Assembly (NCBI GenBank): GCA_903884505.1
Contig: CAISET010000002.1
Coordinates: forward strand, 277,917 to 341,916
DNA from: an uncultured Candidatus Micrarchaeota archaeon
Lineage (GTDB): Archaea; Micrarchaeota; Micrarchaeia; Burarchaeales; Fermentimicrarchaeaceae
Direction of reading: 5' to 3'
Length of the DNA: 64,000 nt
A program made the translations under genes and the position numbers. The notes beneath the pieces were generated by a model, which was not told where the DNA came from, did not search any database, and saw only the letters and a list, made by a program, of their open reading frames with translations. How positions within the stretch are numbered: the stretch's first letter is position 1; the number at the start of each line of letters is the position of its first letter. Positions 53,559 through 63,581 of this stretch are shown in pieces.

Positions 53559-55632
53559 TCAGCTTGTCCCGCGCCTCGCCTTCCTTCATCGAGTTCTTGA
53601 TGACCTCCTCAATGTTGGAGACAGGAATAATCCTCACCTTCTTCCTCCTTTTCGCATCAATGTAGACGTCATCGATGTTCGCCTTCGGGATGAGGATAGT
53701 CTTGCATCCCAGCTCAATCGCGGCCTCGACCTTCGCCGTAACGCCCCCGACCGGAAGCACTTCTCCCCGAACTGAAAGTGAGCCAGTCATCGCAACCGAC
53801 TGGTCGACCGGGATGTTCTCCATTGCGGAGAGCACTGCGATTGCGGTGGATATCGATGCCGAGTCCCCTTCCACCCCTTCGTAGGTCTGCAGGAACTGAA
53901 TATGAATATCATAGCTTGAGACGTCCTTCCCCATGTGCTTCTTCACGATTGCGGAGACGTTCTCGACAGCCTCCTTCGCAATATCACCTAGCTTTCCGGT
54001 TGCAATCAGCTTCCCCTCGGACCTTGAGCTCGCAGGCGTGACCTCGGCCACAATCGGCAAAATAAGGCCGCTCGCGCCCTCCCCGAGCACCGCAAGCCCG
54101 TTCACCCTCCCGATTTTGAATCCCCTTGTAACGAACACGCTGTAATCCTTCTTCAAATCTATAATCTGCCTTGAAATCTGCTGCTCGAGCGGCGCAGCCA
54201 CCTCTCTGGCAGCAATCACGTGCTTCTCATCAACGAGCTTCGCCCCTTTCTCCTTCGCAATATCCCCGGCAGCTCTCACAAGGCCCCCGAGCTCCCTCAA
54301 CTTCAAGGTAAGCCTCTCCTTCCTCGCAGCCTTCCTCCTCGCCTCCTCTATTATAACATCAACTGCGCCTTTCGTGAAGTGCGGGATCTTCCCGTCCTTC
54401 TTCACCTCCTGCGCCACGAACTGCACCAGCTTCGCCTGGCTCTCAGCATTATCGGGGATGGAATCCTCCATGTAGACCTCGTACCCATACCCGCGGATTC
54501 TGCTCCTCAGCGCCGGGTGCATGTTCTGCATATCCAGAAGATTCCCGGCGGCCACAAGCACGAAATCGCAGGGCACGGGCTGAGTCTTCACCAGCGCGCC
54601 GGAGCTCATCTCGCTCTGCCCCGTGATCGAGAACTTCTTCTCCTGCATCGCACTCAGCAGATCCTGCTGCGACCTAGGGGTAAGGGAGGAAACTTCATCG
54701 ACAAACAGCACTCCCTTGTTCGCCCTGTGAATCGCCCCGCTCTCAACCCTCTGGTGCGCGGGCGTGCCAAGCCCCCCGGATTGAAGTGGATCGTGCCTCA
54801 CGTCGCCGAAAAGCGCCCCAGCTCGCGCTCCCGTGGCATCAACGAAAGGCGCGTTGCTCTTCCCGGTGTTATCCACTATGAGCTTCGGCTCAGCCGACTC
54901 AAACGGAGAAACCCTGCGCGAAAGCCCGGATGTGAGCATGAACGCAGCGGAAAATATGAACAGCCCAAGAATAGTTGCCGCAAAAATCCACCCGTTATTC
55001 CCCTGCCCGTAATCCGTGAATGAAAGGACGAGCAGCACCCCGACAGAAATCAGCAGGAACAGGATAGGCATCGAAATCCCCTTGCCTTTCATCCTCCCCT
55101 TCATCCTATCCTCCTCAATCAGAACCCTCCCATACCCGTTCATCGACTCAAATGGCGCCTTCTCCTTCGCATACTTCGCCTTCAGTTCAGGCGGGTACGT
55201 CTTCACGGCCTTAACGATAGGCTGGTTCTCATCGTTCGGGTTCGGATAAACAAGCACGTCCTCCAGGTCCTCGCCAGGCATAAGCTCAGCCATCGCCTGT
55301 GCGAGCATGGACTTCCCCGTCCCCGGCACGCCCATGAGCAAAACATTCCGCCTCTGCGCAGCCGCCTTTTTTATTATCCTAACTCCCCGCTCCTGCCCGA
55401 TAATCCAGTCAATCAGCTTCGCAGGCACGGGAATCTCGGCAGTGCTGTGGAAATGCATCTTCGGGGCCTCTTTCACAGCCGCCTTCGCCGCAGGCTTCGC
55501 CTTCATTGCATTCGGCTCCCTGTTCGCAACAGGTCCGGCCTTCGCTGCCCCCTTCTCCCCCTTCCTCACCTTCTTCTTCGCCATCGCAATTCTCTTACAG
55601 CGCGCCTTAATTACCTTGCCCTTTTCGGCCAC
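53539..55632 (-). CDS. lonB: archaeal membrane-bound ATP-dependent Lon protease LonB
   Basis: GVPGTGKSM Walker A. TM insert ([16 protein letters not shown]...[12 protein letters not shown]). S16 domain with GDSASIS (catalytic Ser) and a Lys dyad. Lys/Ala-rich N-terminal extension. Confidence 0.9.
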   Translation of the reverse strand: MAEKGKVIKARCKRIAMAKKKVRKGEKGAAKAGPVANREPNAMKAKPAAKAAVKEAPKMHFHSTAEIPVPAKLIDWIIGQERGVRIIKKAAAQRRNVLLMGVPGTGKSMLAQAMAELMPGEDLEDVLVYPNPNDENQPIVKAVKTYPPELKAKYAKEKAPFESMNGYGRVLIEEDRMKGRMKGKGISMPILFLLISVGVLLVLSFTDYGQGNNGWIFAATILGLFIFSAAFMLTSGLSRRVSPFESAEPKLIVDNTGKSNAPFVDATGARAGALFGDVRHDPLQSGGLGTPAHQRVESGAIHRANKGVLFVDEVSSLTPRSQQDLLSAMQEKKFSITGQSEMSSGALVKTQPVPCDFVLVAAGNLLDMQNMHPALRSRIRGYGYEVYMEDSIPDNAESQAKLVQFVAQEVKKDGKIPHFTKGAVDVIIEEARRKAARKERLTLKLRELGGLVRAAGDIAKEKGAKLVDEKHVIAAREVAAPLEQQISRQIIDLKKDYSVFVTRGFKIGRVNGLAVLGEGASGLILPIVAEVTPASSRSEGKLIATGKLGDIAKEAVENVSAIVKKHMGKDVSSYDIHIQFLQTYEGVEGDSASISTAIAVLSAMENIPVDQSVAMTGSLSVRGEVLPVGGVTAKVEAAIELGCKTILIPKANIDDVYIDAKRRKKVRIIPVSNIEEVIKNSMKEGEARDKLIKTLPW

Positions 55633-56607
55633 TTAAGCCGGCCTTAGCTTCTTCCCCAGCACTTCCAGCATGTCCTTGGTCATCTCAGCAAGGTTATACT
55701 TGGGCTTCCAGCCCCACTCCTTCCTCGCAGCAGAATCATCAATGGTCTTGGGCCAGGAATCGGCAATCTTCTGCCGCTCATCCGGTTTGTACGAAATCGT
55801 AAATTCCGGAATGTGCTTCTTAATTTCAGCTGCAAGCTCCTTCGGCGAGAAGCTTATCGCCGCGAGGTTGAAGTCCGTGTGGTGCTTCAGCCCGGAGGCA
55901 TCTGCATCCATGAGCTGCAGCGTCGCATTTATGCAGTCCGGCATGTACATCATGGGGAGCGTGCTGTCATCGCGCAGGAAGCAGGTGTAGCGCTTGTTCT
56001 TAATCGCCTCGTAGAATATCTCCACCGCGTAATCAGTCGTCCCGCCTCCGGGCAAAGTCTTGTTGCTGATAATCCCCGGGTAGCGGACTCCCCGAATATC
56101 AACGCCGAACTTCCTGACGTAATACTCCCCGAGCTGCTCTCCCGCGACCTTCGTAATGCCATAGATGGTCCTCGGCTTCAGCACGGTTTCCTGCGGAGTG
56201 TTCTCGCGCGGGGTCTCGGGCCCGAACACGGCGATTGAGCTCGGGTGGAACACCCTTATCCCGTTCTCCCTCGCAATCTCGAAGATGTTGTAGGTGCCGT
56301 TGATGTTCACGTCCCAGGCATGCTGCGGGTTCTTCTCCCCGGTCGCGGACATGATGGCAACCATGTGGTAGATGGTGTCTATCCCGTACTTCTTCACGAC
56401 CGCCTCAATCGTATCCCTCTTCGTAACTTCCACGGTTTCGAACGGCCCGGTCTCAGCCAAATCTGCTGAAGGCGGCCTCTTGTGCCCGCCAACGACTACA
56501 TTCTCCCCGCCATACCTCTTCCGGAGCTCGGGCACAAGCTCGGAGCCTATCTGCCCGGTCGCCCCAGTAACCAGTATCCTTTTCGTAGGCCTTGCCATGA
56601 AATTCAC
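55633..56607 (-). CDS. tdh: NAD-dependent L-threonine 3-dehydrogenase (UDP-glucose 4-epimerase-like SDR type)
   Basis: ILVTGATGQIGSEL Rossmann motif. YGITK catalytic motif. Adjacent kbl. Confidence 0.7.
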   Translation of the reverse strand: MNFMARPTKRILVTGATGQIGSELVPELRKRYGGENVVVGGHKRPPSADLAETGPFETVEVTKRDTIEAVVKKYGIDTIYHMVAIMSATGEKNPQHAWDVNINGTYNIFEIARENGIRVFHPSSIAVFGPETPRENTPQETVLKPRTIYGITKVAGEQLGEYYVRKFGVDIRGVRYPGIISNKTLPGGGTTDYAVEIFYEAIKNKRYTCFLRDDSTLPMMYMPDCINATLQLMDADASGLKHHTDFNLAAISFSPKELAAEIKKHIPEFTISYKPDERQKIADSWPKTIDDSAARKEWGWKPKYNLAEMTKDMLEVLGKKLRPA

Positions 56608-56608
56608 C

Positions 56609-57805
56609 TCACTTTATTATCCCTAGCGTCTTGCCCGCCGCCTCAATCTCGCTGATTGCGAAGTCCAGGTCCTGCTGCGTCATCTGCGCGTGCATCTGGC
56701 ACCTTATCCTCGCACTGTCCTTGGAGACCATCGGGAAGACGATTGGCAGCACGTAGATTCCGCGCGACCAGAGCGTCTCGCTCAGCGCCCTCGCCTTGTG
56801 GCTCTCTCCGCAGATGATTGGGATGATTGGCGTCTGCGAATTGCCTGTGTTGAAGCCCAGGTCGTTCACCGCCTTCTTGAAGTATGCGGTGTTCTTCCAC
56901 ACGTTCTGCACATGCTGGGGCTCGGTCTCAAGCACCTCGATTGCCGCAATGCATGCCGCAAGGACTGCGGGCGACTGCGCGCTGCTCAGCAGCCAAGTCC
57001 TGCTCTTGTTGTATGCGAAATTAATCAAATCGCGCGAGCCGACCACATGCCCTCCGACCACGCCGAATCCCTTGCTGAATGTTCCCATCTCCACGTGCAC
57101 ATCCTTGTGGGTCAGATGGAAGTGGGACATCGCGCCCCTTCCGCCCTCGCCGAGAACGCCATCCCCGTGCGCATCATCAACATATACCATCGCGCCGTGC
57201 TTCGCGCCCAGCGCCGCAATCTTGTCCAAAGGCGCAATGTCTCCGTCCATGGAGAACACGCCGTCCGTAATTATCAAAATTCTCCTCGGCGGCTTCTCCC
57301 TCTTCTCAGCCTCCTCCAGCACCCTCGCAAGGTCAGCCATGTCGCAGTGCTTGTAGACCGCGCGCTCGGTCTTGCTCAGCCGGACCCCGTCAATTATGGA
57401 GCCGTGGTTGAGCTGGTCGCTGATGGTGAGGTCGCCTTCTCCGACCAGCTGCGGAATCAAACCAGCGTTCACCGCAAACCCAGTCGGGTAAGTCATCGCC
57501 GCCTCGGTTTTCTTGAAGCGTGCGAGCGCCTCGTAGAGCTTGGTATGCAGCGTCATGGTTCCCGCAATTCCCGGGACCGCGCCCGCACCTGCGCCGTATT
57601 TCTTCGTCGCCTCAATCGCCGCGTTTATCAGCTTCGGGTGCGTGCTCAGGCCGAGATAATTGTTCGCGCAGAGCAGCAGCACATCCTTCCCGGCCATCCT
57701 CGCGCGGGGCTTGCTCATCCCCTGCAGCTCCTTGGGCCGCCAGTCCAGCGCGTCCTTTACCATCACGTCATATTCCGTCTTAAGAAAAGCAGTCGGATTC
57801 CTCAT
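56609..57805 (-). CDS. kbl: 2-amino-3-ketobutyrate CoA ligase (glycine C-acetyltransferase), PLP-dependent
   Basis: Alpha-oxoamine synthase family, with the PLP lysine in FSKGFGVVGG. Start taken at the ATG at 57805, preceded by a GGAGGTCGAG Shine-Dalgarno-like sequence. The ORF extends to 57889. Confidence 0.8.
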   Translation of the reverse strand: MRNPTAFLKTEYDVMVKDALDWRPKELQGMSKPRARMAGKDVLLLCANNYLGLSTHPKLINAAIEATKKYGAGAGAVPGIAGTMTLHTKLYEALARFKKTEAAMTYPTGFAVNAGLIPQLVGEGDLTISDQLNHGSIIDGVRLSKTERAVYKHCDMADLARVLEEAEKREKPPRRILIITDGVFSMDGDIAPLDKIAALGAKHGAMVYVDDAHGDGVLGEGGRGAMSHFHLTHKDVHVEMGTFSKGFGVVGGHVVGSRDLINFAYNKSRTWLLSSAQSPAVLAACIAAIEVLETEPQHVQNVWKNTAYFKKAVNDLGFNTGNSQTPIIPIICGESHKARALSETLWSRGIYVLPIVFPMVSKDSARIRCQMHAQMTQQDLDFAISEIEAAGKTLGIIK

Positions 57806-57879
57806 TTTCTCGACCTCCCCTGCCCATATTTGGTGCGGACTTTTTAAAAAGCAGCGCCCAGAAAAGAAGCGGTGATGGC

Positions 57880-59097
57880 TTGTTTTCACACGAAACCCTT
57901 TCCCCGCGCATGGAATACGTGCAGTACGCGATACGGGAGCTTTTCCCGGTCGCCGAGCGGATAGAGAAGTCCGGCGTGAAGGTCACAAGGGTGAATGTTG
58001 GCGACCCCGTCCCCTACTTCGGCACGCCGAAATACATACTCGATGCAATGGCAAAGGCCGCGCACGAAGGGAAGACTAGCTATGGCAGGCCACCGGGCGA
58101 GACGCCCTTCCTTTCAGCGATTGCGAACAGGTACAAGCGGCTCTACAATTTCGATGCAGGCCAGGACTCAATTTTCGCGACCTACGGAGTCAGCGAGGCA
58201 ATCCAGTTCCTCAACGCGAGCCTCATGGGCGAGGGAAGGGGCTGCGCCATGTTCTCCCCGTATTACCCGGCATACATCCCCCAGCTGAGGATTTACGGAG
58301 GCGAGCCGTGCTTCTCAACATGCGATGAGGAAAGGGGCTGGGCGCCCGACTTCGACGATTTGAAAAAGCAGCTGAAGAAGGCAAAGGAGGCGGGGACGGA
58401 CCTGAAATACCTCCACGTAATCAACCCATGCAACCCGACGGGCGCGGTCTGGGGGAAAAAGCAGCTCGAGGAAATTGCGGCAATCGCGAAGGACGAGGAA
58501 CTTCTGCTAGTTAGCGATGAAATTTACGATGAGATGATTTTCGACGGCAAATTCACGAGCATGTGCCAGGTCGCGACTGGGCAGCCGCTCGTGGTTCTCA
58601 ACGGCCTCTCGAAAAACTGGTGCGCGACCGGGCTGAGGCTCGGCTGGGCAATCCTCCACGGAAAAGATGCGCACATGGGCACGCTGCGCGACGCATTCGT
58701 CCGCCTCTCGTCCGTGCGCCTATGCGCGAGCGTGCCAGCCCAATACGCCGGAGTGGAAGCCCTGAACAACGAGAAGGCGCATTCCGAATTCATCAAGGGC
58801 TTCAACAAGGAGGTCAAGAATAGGTCCGACTTCTGCTGGAAGAGGCTGAACGAAATTCCGGGAATTTCCTGCCAGCGGGCGAAAGGCGCATTCTACCTCT
58901 TCCCAAAAATCGACCTGAAGCTCTCGGGCTGCAGGACCGACAAGGAATTCATCCTCAAGCTCTTGGAAAAGGAACACGTCTGGGCAGTGCAAGGCTCGGG
59001 ATTCGGAGTAGGCGGCCACCTGCGCATCGTCACCCTTCCGCCGCTCGAAACTCTCGAGACTGCATGTGCCGGGATAGCGCGGCTTATGAAGGGCTGA
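57880..59097 (+). CDS. class I/II PLP-dependent aminotransferase (aspartate/alanine aminotransferase-like)
   Basis: NPCNPTG and the LSKNW...GLRLGW PLP-lysine region. Confidence 0.75.
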   Translation: MFSHETLSPRMEYVQYAIRELFPVAERIEKSGVKVTRVNVGDPVPYFGTPKYILDAMAKAAHEGKTSYGRPPGETPFLSAIANRYKRLYNFDAGQDSIFATYGVSEAIQFLNASLMGEGRGCAMFSPYYPAYIPQLRIYGGEPCFSTCDEERGWAPDFDDLKKQLKKAKEAGTDLKYLHVINPCNPTGAVWGKKQLEEIAAIAKDEELLLVSDEIYDEMIFDGKFTSMCQVATGQPLVVLNGLSKNWCATGLRLGWAILHGKDAHMGTLRDAFVRLSSVRLCASVPAQYAGVEALNNEKAHSEFIKGFNKEVKNRSDFCWKRLNEIPGISCQRAKGAFYLFPKIDLKLSGCRTDKEFILKLLEKEHVWAVQGSGFGVGGHLRIVTLPPLETLETACAGIARLMKG

Positions 59098-59110
59098 AGG
59101 TTTAATCCCT

Positions 59111-59236
59111 CTACGACTGCGCGACGGATTGCGGCGGGAGCGGCATGTGCGCGATGCCGGAAAGGAGGAGTAAGACAATCGCAACCGCGACAGAAACAAT
59201 GATGAACACCACAAGGAAGAGGCGGGTGGTCTCCAT
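59111..59236 (-). CDS. possible small single-TM membrane protein (41 aa)
   Basis: METTRLFLVVFIIVSVAVAIVLLLLSGIAHMPLPPQSVAQS from the internal ATG of ORF 59111..59380. Confidence 0.2.
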   Translation of the reverse strand: METTRLFLVVFIIVSVAVAIVLLLLSGIAHMPLPPQSVAQS

Positions 59237-59313
59237 CGTGAATTCCACGGCTACCACCGGCCGCGAAAGTCCGCGCTGGCGATTTATAAACGTTCCCTCC
59301 CTGAAATTACACC

Positions 59314-60201
59314 ATGCTAAAGCTCGTTGTCCTCGGCAGTTCAGCAGCGGTTCCGAGCACTGAAAGGGGCCTCTCGGCAATCGGCCTCCGCTACGAGGGC
59401 GACGTCTACCTCTTCGATTGCGGGGAGGGGACGCAGAGGCAGATGATGAAGTACGGCCTCAGCTTTTTCAAGGTCAAGGCAATCTTCATCACCCACACGC
59501 ACGCGGACCACATAGTCGGAGTTGCGGGCCTCGCGCAGACGCTCGACCTCTCCGGGAGAACGGAGCCTCTCCCAATCTTCTGCCCCGCGGGGCAGGAGCG
59601 CGACATAGAGGCGCTCCTCAGCATCAGCAAGTACTCCTACCAGATTGAGGTGCGCGGAATCGGCGAGGGCGAGATTCTCAAAGGCAAGGGCTTCTCGGTT
59701 TCCGCATTCCCGGTCGCGCACTCGCGCCCCTCACTCGGCTACGTCTTCGAGACCGGCCCGAGGCGCAATTTCGACGAGGAGAAGTGCGAAAAGCTCGGGA
59801 TAAAGGGGAAGATGTTCGGCGAGCTCGAGGAGAAAGGCGAGGCTGTGGTGAAGGGGAAAAAAATCCGCTACCAGGATGTCACCACCGAAAAGCCGGGCAT
59901 CAAAGTCGCATACACCGGCGACTGCGCCCCGGGTGAATCCACGGTTCTCGCAGCGAAAGGCGCGGACCTGCTAATCCACGAGGCGACCTACGGCTCGGAC
60001 CACGAGAAGGAGGCTTTCGAGAACAAGCACTCAACCGCGGCGCAGGCAGCGGCAATCGCCAAGAAAGCTGGCGTGAAGCGCCTGCTCCTCACGCACATCA
60101 GCGGTAGATACAAGGAAACCGCGCAGCTGGAGAAGGAGGCTCGCGAAATCTTCCCTGACTCAGATGCTGCCGAAGACGGGGCCGAAGCCCTGCTCAAATA
60201 A
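59314..60201 (+). CDS. rnz: ribonuclease Z (tRNA 3'-processing endonuclease, metallo-beta-lactamase fold)
   Basis: HTHADH zinc motif. Overall length and spacing typical of short-form RNase Z. Confidence 0.8.
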   Translation: MLKLVVLGSSAAVPSTERGLSAIGLRYEGDVYLFDCGEGTQRQMMKYGLSFFKVKAIFITHTHADHIVGVAGLAQTLDLSGRTEPLPIFCPAGQERDIEALLSISKYSYQIEVRGIGEGEILKGKGFSVSAFPVAHSRPSLGYVFETGPRRNFDEEKCEKLGIKGKMFGELEEKGEAVVKGKKIRYQDVTTEKPGIKVAYTGDCAPGESTVLAAKGADLLIHEATYGSDHEKEAFENKHSTAAQAAAIAKKAGVKRLLLTHISGRYKETAQLEKEAREIFPDSDAAEDGAEALLK

Positions 60202-62235
60202 CTACTTTTTCGCAACCCACGCGGCACCGATTCCGGCGAACAGCAGCGCGAATCCAGTTGGGCATATCCCTCCGCCTTGGCCGGGAGTTGCCGTTGCGGT
60301 AGGCGCAGGCGTCGCGGTCGCGGCCGCAGTTGGCGCAGGAGTCAGCGTCGGCACCGGAGTCGATGTGGGCGCAGGTGTCGCAGTCGCATTTCCCCCAGGC
60401 GTCGGGCTTCCCATCGGGCTTGCTGTCGGAGAAGCCGCTGGCGTGGGCGAAACCCCGGGCGACGGCGAAACTGCAGGCGTGGGGCTTGGCTGCGCGCACG
60501 CGCCTATGCTGAAGAACTTGACCTGCTGCGGGTATCCGCTCTTGTCAGCCACCGCTTTGTAGCTGCCCGCGCTTGAGGGCGTGAAGTTGGCCCTCCCGTT
60601 CGCGTCGCCGGTCAGGTTCGCAACCAAATCCCAGTTCAGCGAAGTGTTGTAGATGAACACCCCGACGCCCGCCCCGGGAATCGGGTTGCCGGACTGGTCC
60701 TCCACGCTCAAATTAATCCCCTCTTGCGTGCAGTTCCCGGCCACCGAAATCTTCAGCGCCCTAGTTGCATTCGGGCCGAACCCGTTGTCCTGCAGGTAAT
60801 AAATATCATAATTCCCCTGGAAGTTGTCCTCGAAAACCGCATGCACCCTGTTCCTGCCATCCAGCATGAAGTCATGGGAATACGAGTTCGAGTTGGTGTT
60901 GCTCACATCCCGCGCACCCCTCCAGGAGGAGTTCCACCCATTCCAATAAATCTCGCTGTTCCCGGGCGTGTCGTCCCCCCAGAGGACATGGAGGTAACCG
61001 TTCCCGTCCGCTCTTATCGCAGGCAGGTAGGAGAATCCCGTCGTGTTAGAGATGTCCGTCCAGTTGGAGAAGCTCACCCCGCCGTCATTGCTCCCAGAAT
61101 AAAGTATCTCATAGTTCCCGGGCGCGCCGTCCATCCAGGCCACATGCAGCTTATCGGACGCATCAACCTCGATTCTCGGCCAGTTCGAGTCCTGGTCCGG
61201 CGTGTTCGAAATGTCCTGCGAATTATGCGCCGCCCCGTTCTTCACGTTCGCATACCAAACATCCCACTGCGCGGGCAAGCTGCCGCTCGTGCCGTTCGCC
61301 TCCCTCCATGCCACATGCGCCACATCGAGCGAATCCGCATCCACGTCCGGCTTCTCCGAGCCTCCGATGGTGTTCGAGACATCAACAAGGTTGCCGCCTG
61401 TGCTGCGCGCATACCAAATCTCCATGCCCCTGTCCCACACCACGTGGAACCCGCCATTCTTGCTCGGCGCAAGCCTCGGGTGGTTCCCGCCGGCCGCATT
61501 ATCCAGCCACCTGGGGGCTGCCCACGGCTGCGGCACTCCAACATACTCCATGAACGACGCCATGGTCGCGCCATCCACGAACGCGAGCCCAGGCTGGCCG
61601 TTCTTGTCAATCGCGAGCTCGTAATAGATACTGGGCATCCCGCCAGCCACCGTGCTGGCCAGCCCGACGTCCGTTGCCTGCGCAGCGGCATCCCACGTCC
61701 TTCCGCGGTTTATCGAGCGCGAAAACCAGGGCGTATACTGCCATGCCTGCCCATGAACCTGCTCAGCCCAGACGACATACACGACCCCCTGCGAATCAAC
61801 AACTATCCTTGGCTGGATAGAATCATTGGTCGTGTTCGAAATGTCAATCGGCGCATTCCAGCTTCCGCCGAAATTGTTCGTGTATAATATCTCCCAGTTC
61901 CTCCCGCTCGGGCAATCGGCGAGCGGCGGCTCGGGCTCGCCAGCCGGGGGTGGCGTTGGCGAAGGCGTCACGCTCTGCGACGGCGTGGGAGTTGGCGTCG
62001 GGGTGGGAGTTGTTGTCGTGGCCGGCGTTTCAGTTGGCGATGGGCGCGGCTGGGGAAACACGCACTCCTGCCAGACGGCATGCACCACCCCGTTCGAGTC
62101 AACATAGACTCTCGGGTTTATCGAATTGCTCCCGGTATTCGATATGTCTACTGGCGCGCCGAAAGCAAGAACAAGCGAAGCTGCAAGAATCAGGGCTAGC
62201 CCTGCTCTAAATTCCCACGAGGCCATGCTAACCAC
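60202..62235 (-). CDS. cell-surface protein with repeated BNR/sialidase-like beta-propeller blades, a carboxypeptidase-regulatory-like domain, PT linker and a PGF-CTERM-like C-terminal TM anchor
   Basis: Signal peptide. At least six repeats of the pattern DISNT...P(R/A)I.VD..G..H.VW.D/E. C-terminus PTGFALLFAGIGAAWVAKK. Confidence 0.6.
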   Translation of the reverse strand: MVSMASWEFRAGLALILAASLVLAFGAPVDISNTGSNSINPRVYVDSNGVVHAVWQECVFPQPRPSPTETPATTTTPTPTPTPTPSQSVTPSPTPPPAGEPEPPLADCPSGRNWEILYTNNFGGSWNAPIDISNTTNDSIQPRIVVDSQGVVYVVWAEQVHGQAWQYTPWFSRSINRGRTWDAAAQATDVGLASTVAGGMPSIYYELAIDKNGQPGLAFVDGATMASFMEYVGVPQPWAAPRWLDNAAGGNHPRLAPSKNGGFHVVWDRGMEIWYARSTGGNLVDVSNTIGGSEKPDVDADSLDVAHVAWREANGTSGSLPAQWDVWYANVKNGAAHNSQDISNTPDQDSNWPRIEVDASDKLHVAWMDGAPGNYEILYSGSNDGGVSFSNWTDISNTTGFSYLPAIRADGNGYLHVLWGDDTPGNSEIYWNGWNSSWRGARDVSNTNSNSYSHDFMLDGRNRVHAVFEDNFQGNYDIYYLQDNGFGPNATRALKISVAGNCTQEGINLSVEDQSGNPIPGAGVGVFIYNTSLNWDLVANLTGDANGRANFTPSSAGSYKAVADKSGYPQQVKFFSIGACAQPSPTPAVSPSPGVSPTPAASPTASPMGSPTPGGNATATPAPTSTPVPTLTPAPTAAATATPAPTATATPGQGGGICPTGFALLFAGIGAAWVAKK

Positions 62236-62275
62236 CGCTAATTAGTGGCAGCCCGGCCAATATATATTGCTGCCC

Positions 62276-62710
62276 TCAGGCCGCCTTGTCGGTCTGCCCG
62301 GTGACCGCGCCCGGAGGCACCGGCCCCTTCCCTATCCTCACGGGCATGAGCATGACCGGCGCGTTAAGGCCGAGCGGCTGCGAGAAGAATGTGCCGTTCA
62401 CGGCGCAGGCGTAGGTTATGCCGTTCATCAGCACCTCTGCGAACTCATCAGGGAGCTTCTTCTTGTCCTTCCACTCCTTCGTTATCTCCTTCGCCCTCTT
62501 CGCATCCTCGCGCAGCATCACGAGGCCGCCAATCTTCATCTTGCCGACATTCTCATTGTAGGTGACCGTGAGCGTGTACTTGACAGTCATCTCGTCCTTC
62601 TCGGCTGCGACTTCCTCTATCGAGACGTTTATCGCCAGGCCCTGTACGGGCTCCAGCTTGTCCCTCTTCACTTCGACCGAAACAACCCTCCCTCCGATTA
62701 TAGTTGCCAT
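62276..62710 (-). CDS. hypothetical protein
   Basis: 144-aa ORF. No known motif. Confidence 0.4.
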   Translation of the reverse strand: MATIIGGRVVSVEVKRDKLEPVQGLAINVSIEEVAAEKDEMTVKYTLTVTYNENVGKMKIGGLVMLREDAKRAKEITKEWKDKKKLPDEFAEVLMNGITYACAVNGTFFSQPLGLNAPVMLMPVRIGKGPVPPGAVTGQTDKAA

Positions 62711-62734
62711 TCAAATCATCCTCCAAAACGGAAT

Positions 62735-63400
62735 TCAAATCTCAATTTTCTCACCGAACTTCATCACGACTGCCTTCTTCTCCGAGCCCGCGAGCGCTTT
62801 CGCGAACTCCTGCGGGTTCACCAGTATGTTGTCGAAACTCGAGTAATGGGTCGGCACGAAATACTTTGCATGTATCTCCTTCGCGGCCTTCTCAGCCGAA
62901 ATCACGTCCATCGTGTAGGTCCCGCCTATCGGGAGGAGCGCCCAGTCCGCCCGTATATCCATCATCCCGGAGAACTCGTAGGTGTCCCCTGCCGCGTAGA
63001 TTCGCTTCCCTTCCCCCTCGATCAGGTAGCCTACCGGGTAAGCGGACTGCGGGTGCACGGCCTGCAGCACATCGATGTTCACGCCCTTGAGCTGGAACTT
63101 GTCCCCCACCTTCACGTCCACCTTGAACTTGTCCGGAATCCGTATGTCCTTGAGCGCGGGCTTGGGGCCCACGACGGTCGCGAAGGTCCTCTCCGCGATT
63201 TCCATGACGGTCGCCGGCTCGCAGTGGTCGTGGTGCTCGTGCGTGAGGAATATTATGTCGCACTCCTTCACGTCATGCACGTCCTTCCTCGCGCTCGGGA
63301 ATTTCCTTCCCGAGGCAGTGAAGTAGGGGTCTATGAACATCACGACCCCGCCCAGCACTATCTCGAAACTCGAGTGCCCGAAGTAGCGGATATACGCCAT
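62735..63400 (-). CDS. metal-dependent hydrolase of the beta-lactamase superfamily (UPF0173-like)
   Basis: LTHEHHDH zinc-binding motif. Confidence 0.7.
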   Translation of the reverse strand: MAYIRYFGHSSFEIVLGGVVMFIDPYFTASGRKFPSARKDVHDVKECDIIFLTHEHHDHCEPATVMEIAERTFATVVGPKPALKDIRIPDKFKVDVKVGDKFQLKGVNIDVLQAVHPQSAYPVGYLIEGEGKRIYAAGDTYEFSGMMDIRADWALLPIGGTYTMDVISAEKAAKEIHAKYFVPTHYSSFDNILVNPQEFAKALAGSEKKAVVMKFGEKIEI

Positions 63401-63460
63401 AATTGTCCGTTAGTAATTTTGGGCTACTAATATAAATATGCCACCTCCAACATTTACCTC

Positions 63461-63580
63461 GATGAATTTGCCCCTATCTGTGCTATCAGGCAAAATATCT
63501 CGCAATCCTGCGGATTGCTCAATGAATTTGCCCCTATGTGCGCTGTCAGGCAAAATATTTCGCAGTCCTGCGGACTGCTC
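63461..63580 (+). repeat. tandem direct repeat, 60-bp unit x2 (about 88% identical), plus a partial third copy that contains the start codon of the downstream gene
   Basis: gatgaatttgcccctatctgtgctatcaggcaaaatatctcgcaatcctgcggattgctc / aatgaatttgcccctatgtgcgctgtcaggcaaaatatttcgcagtcctgcggactgctc. Each unit begins with an in-frame ATG. Confidence 0.8.
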
Positions 63581-63581
63581 A

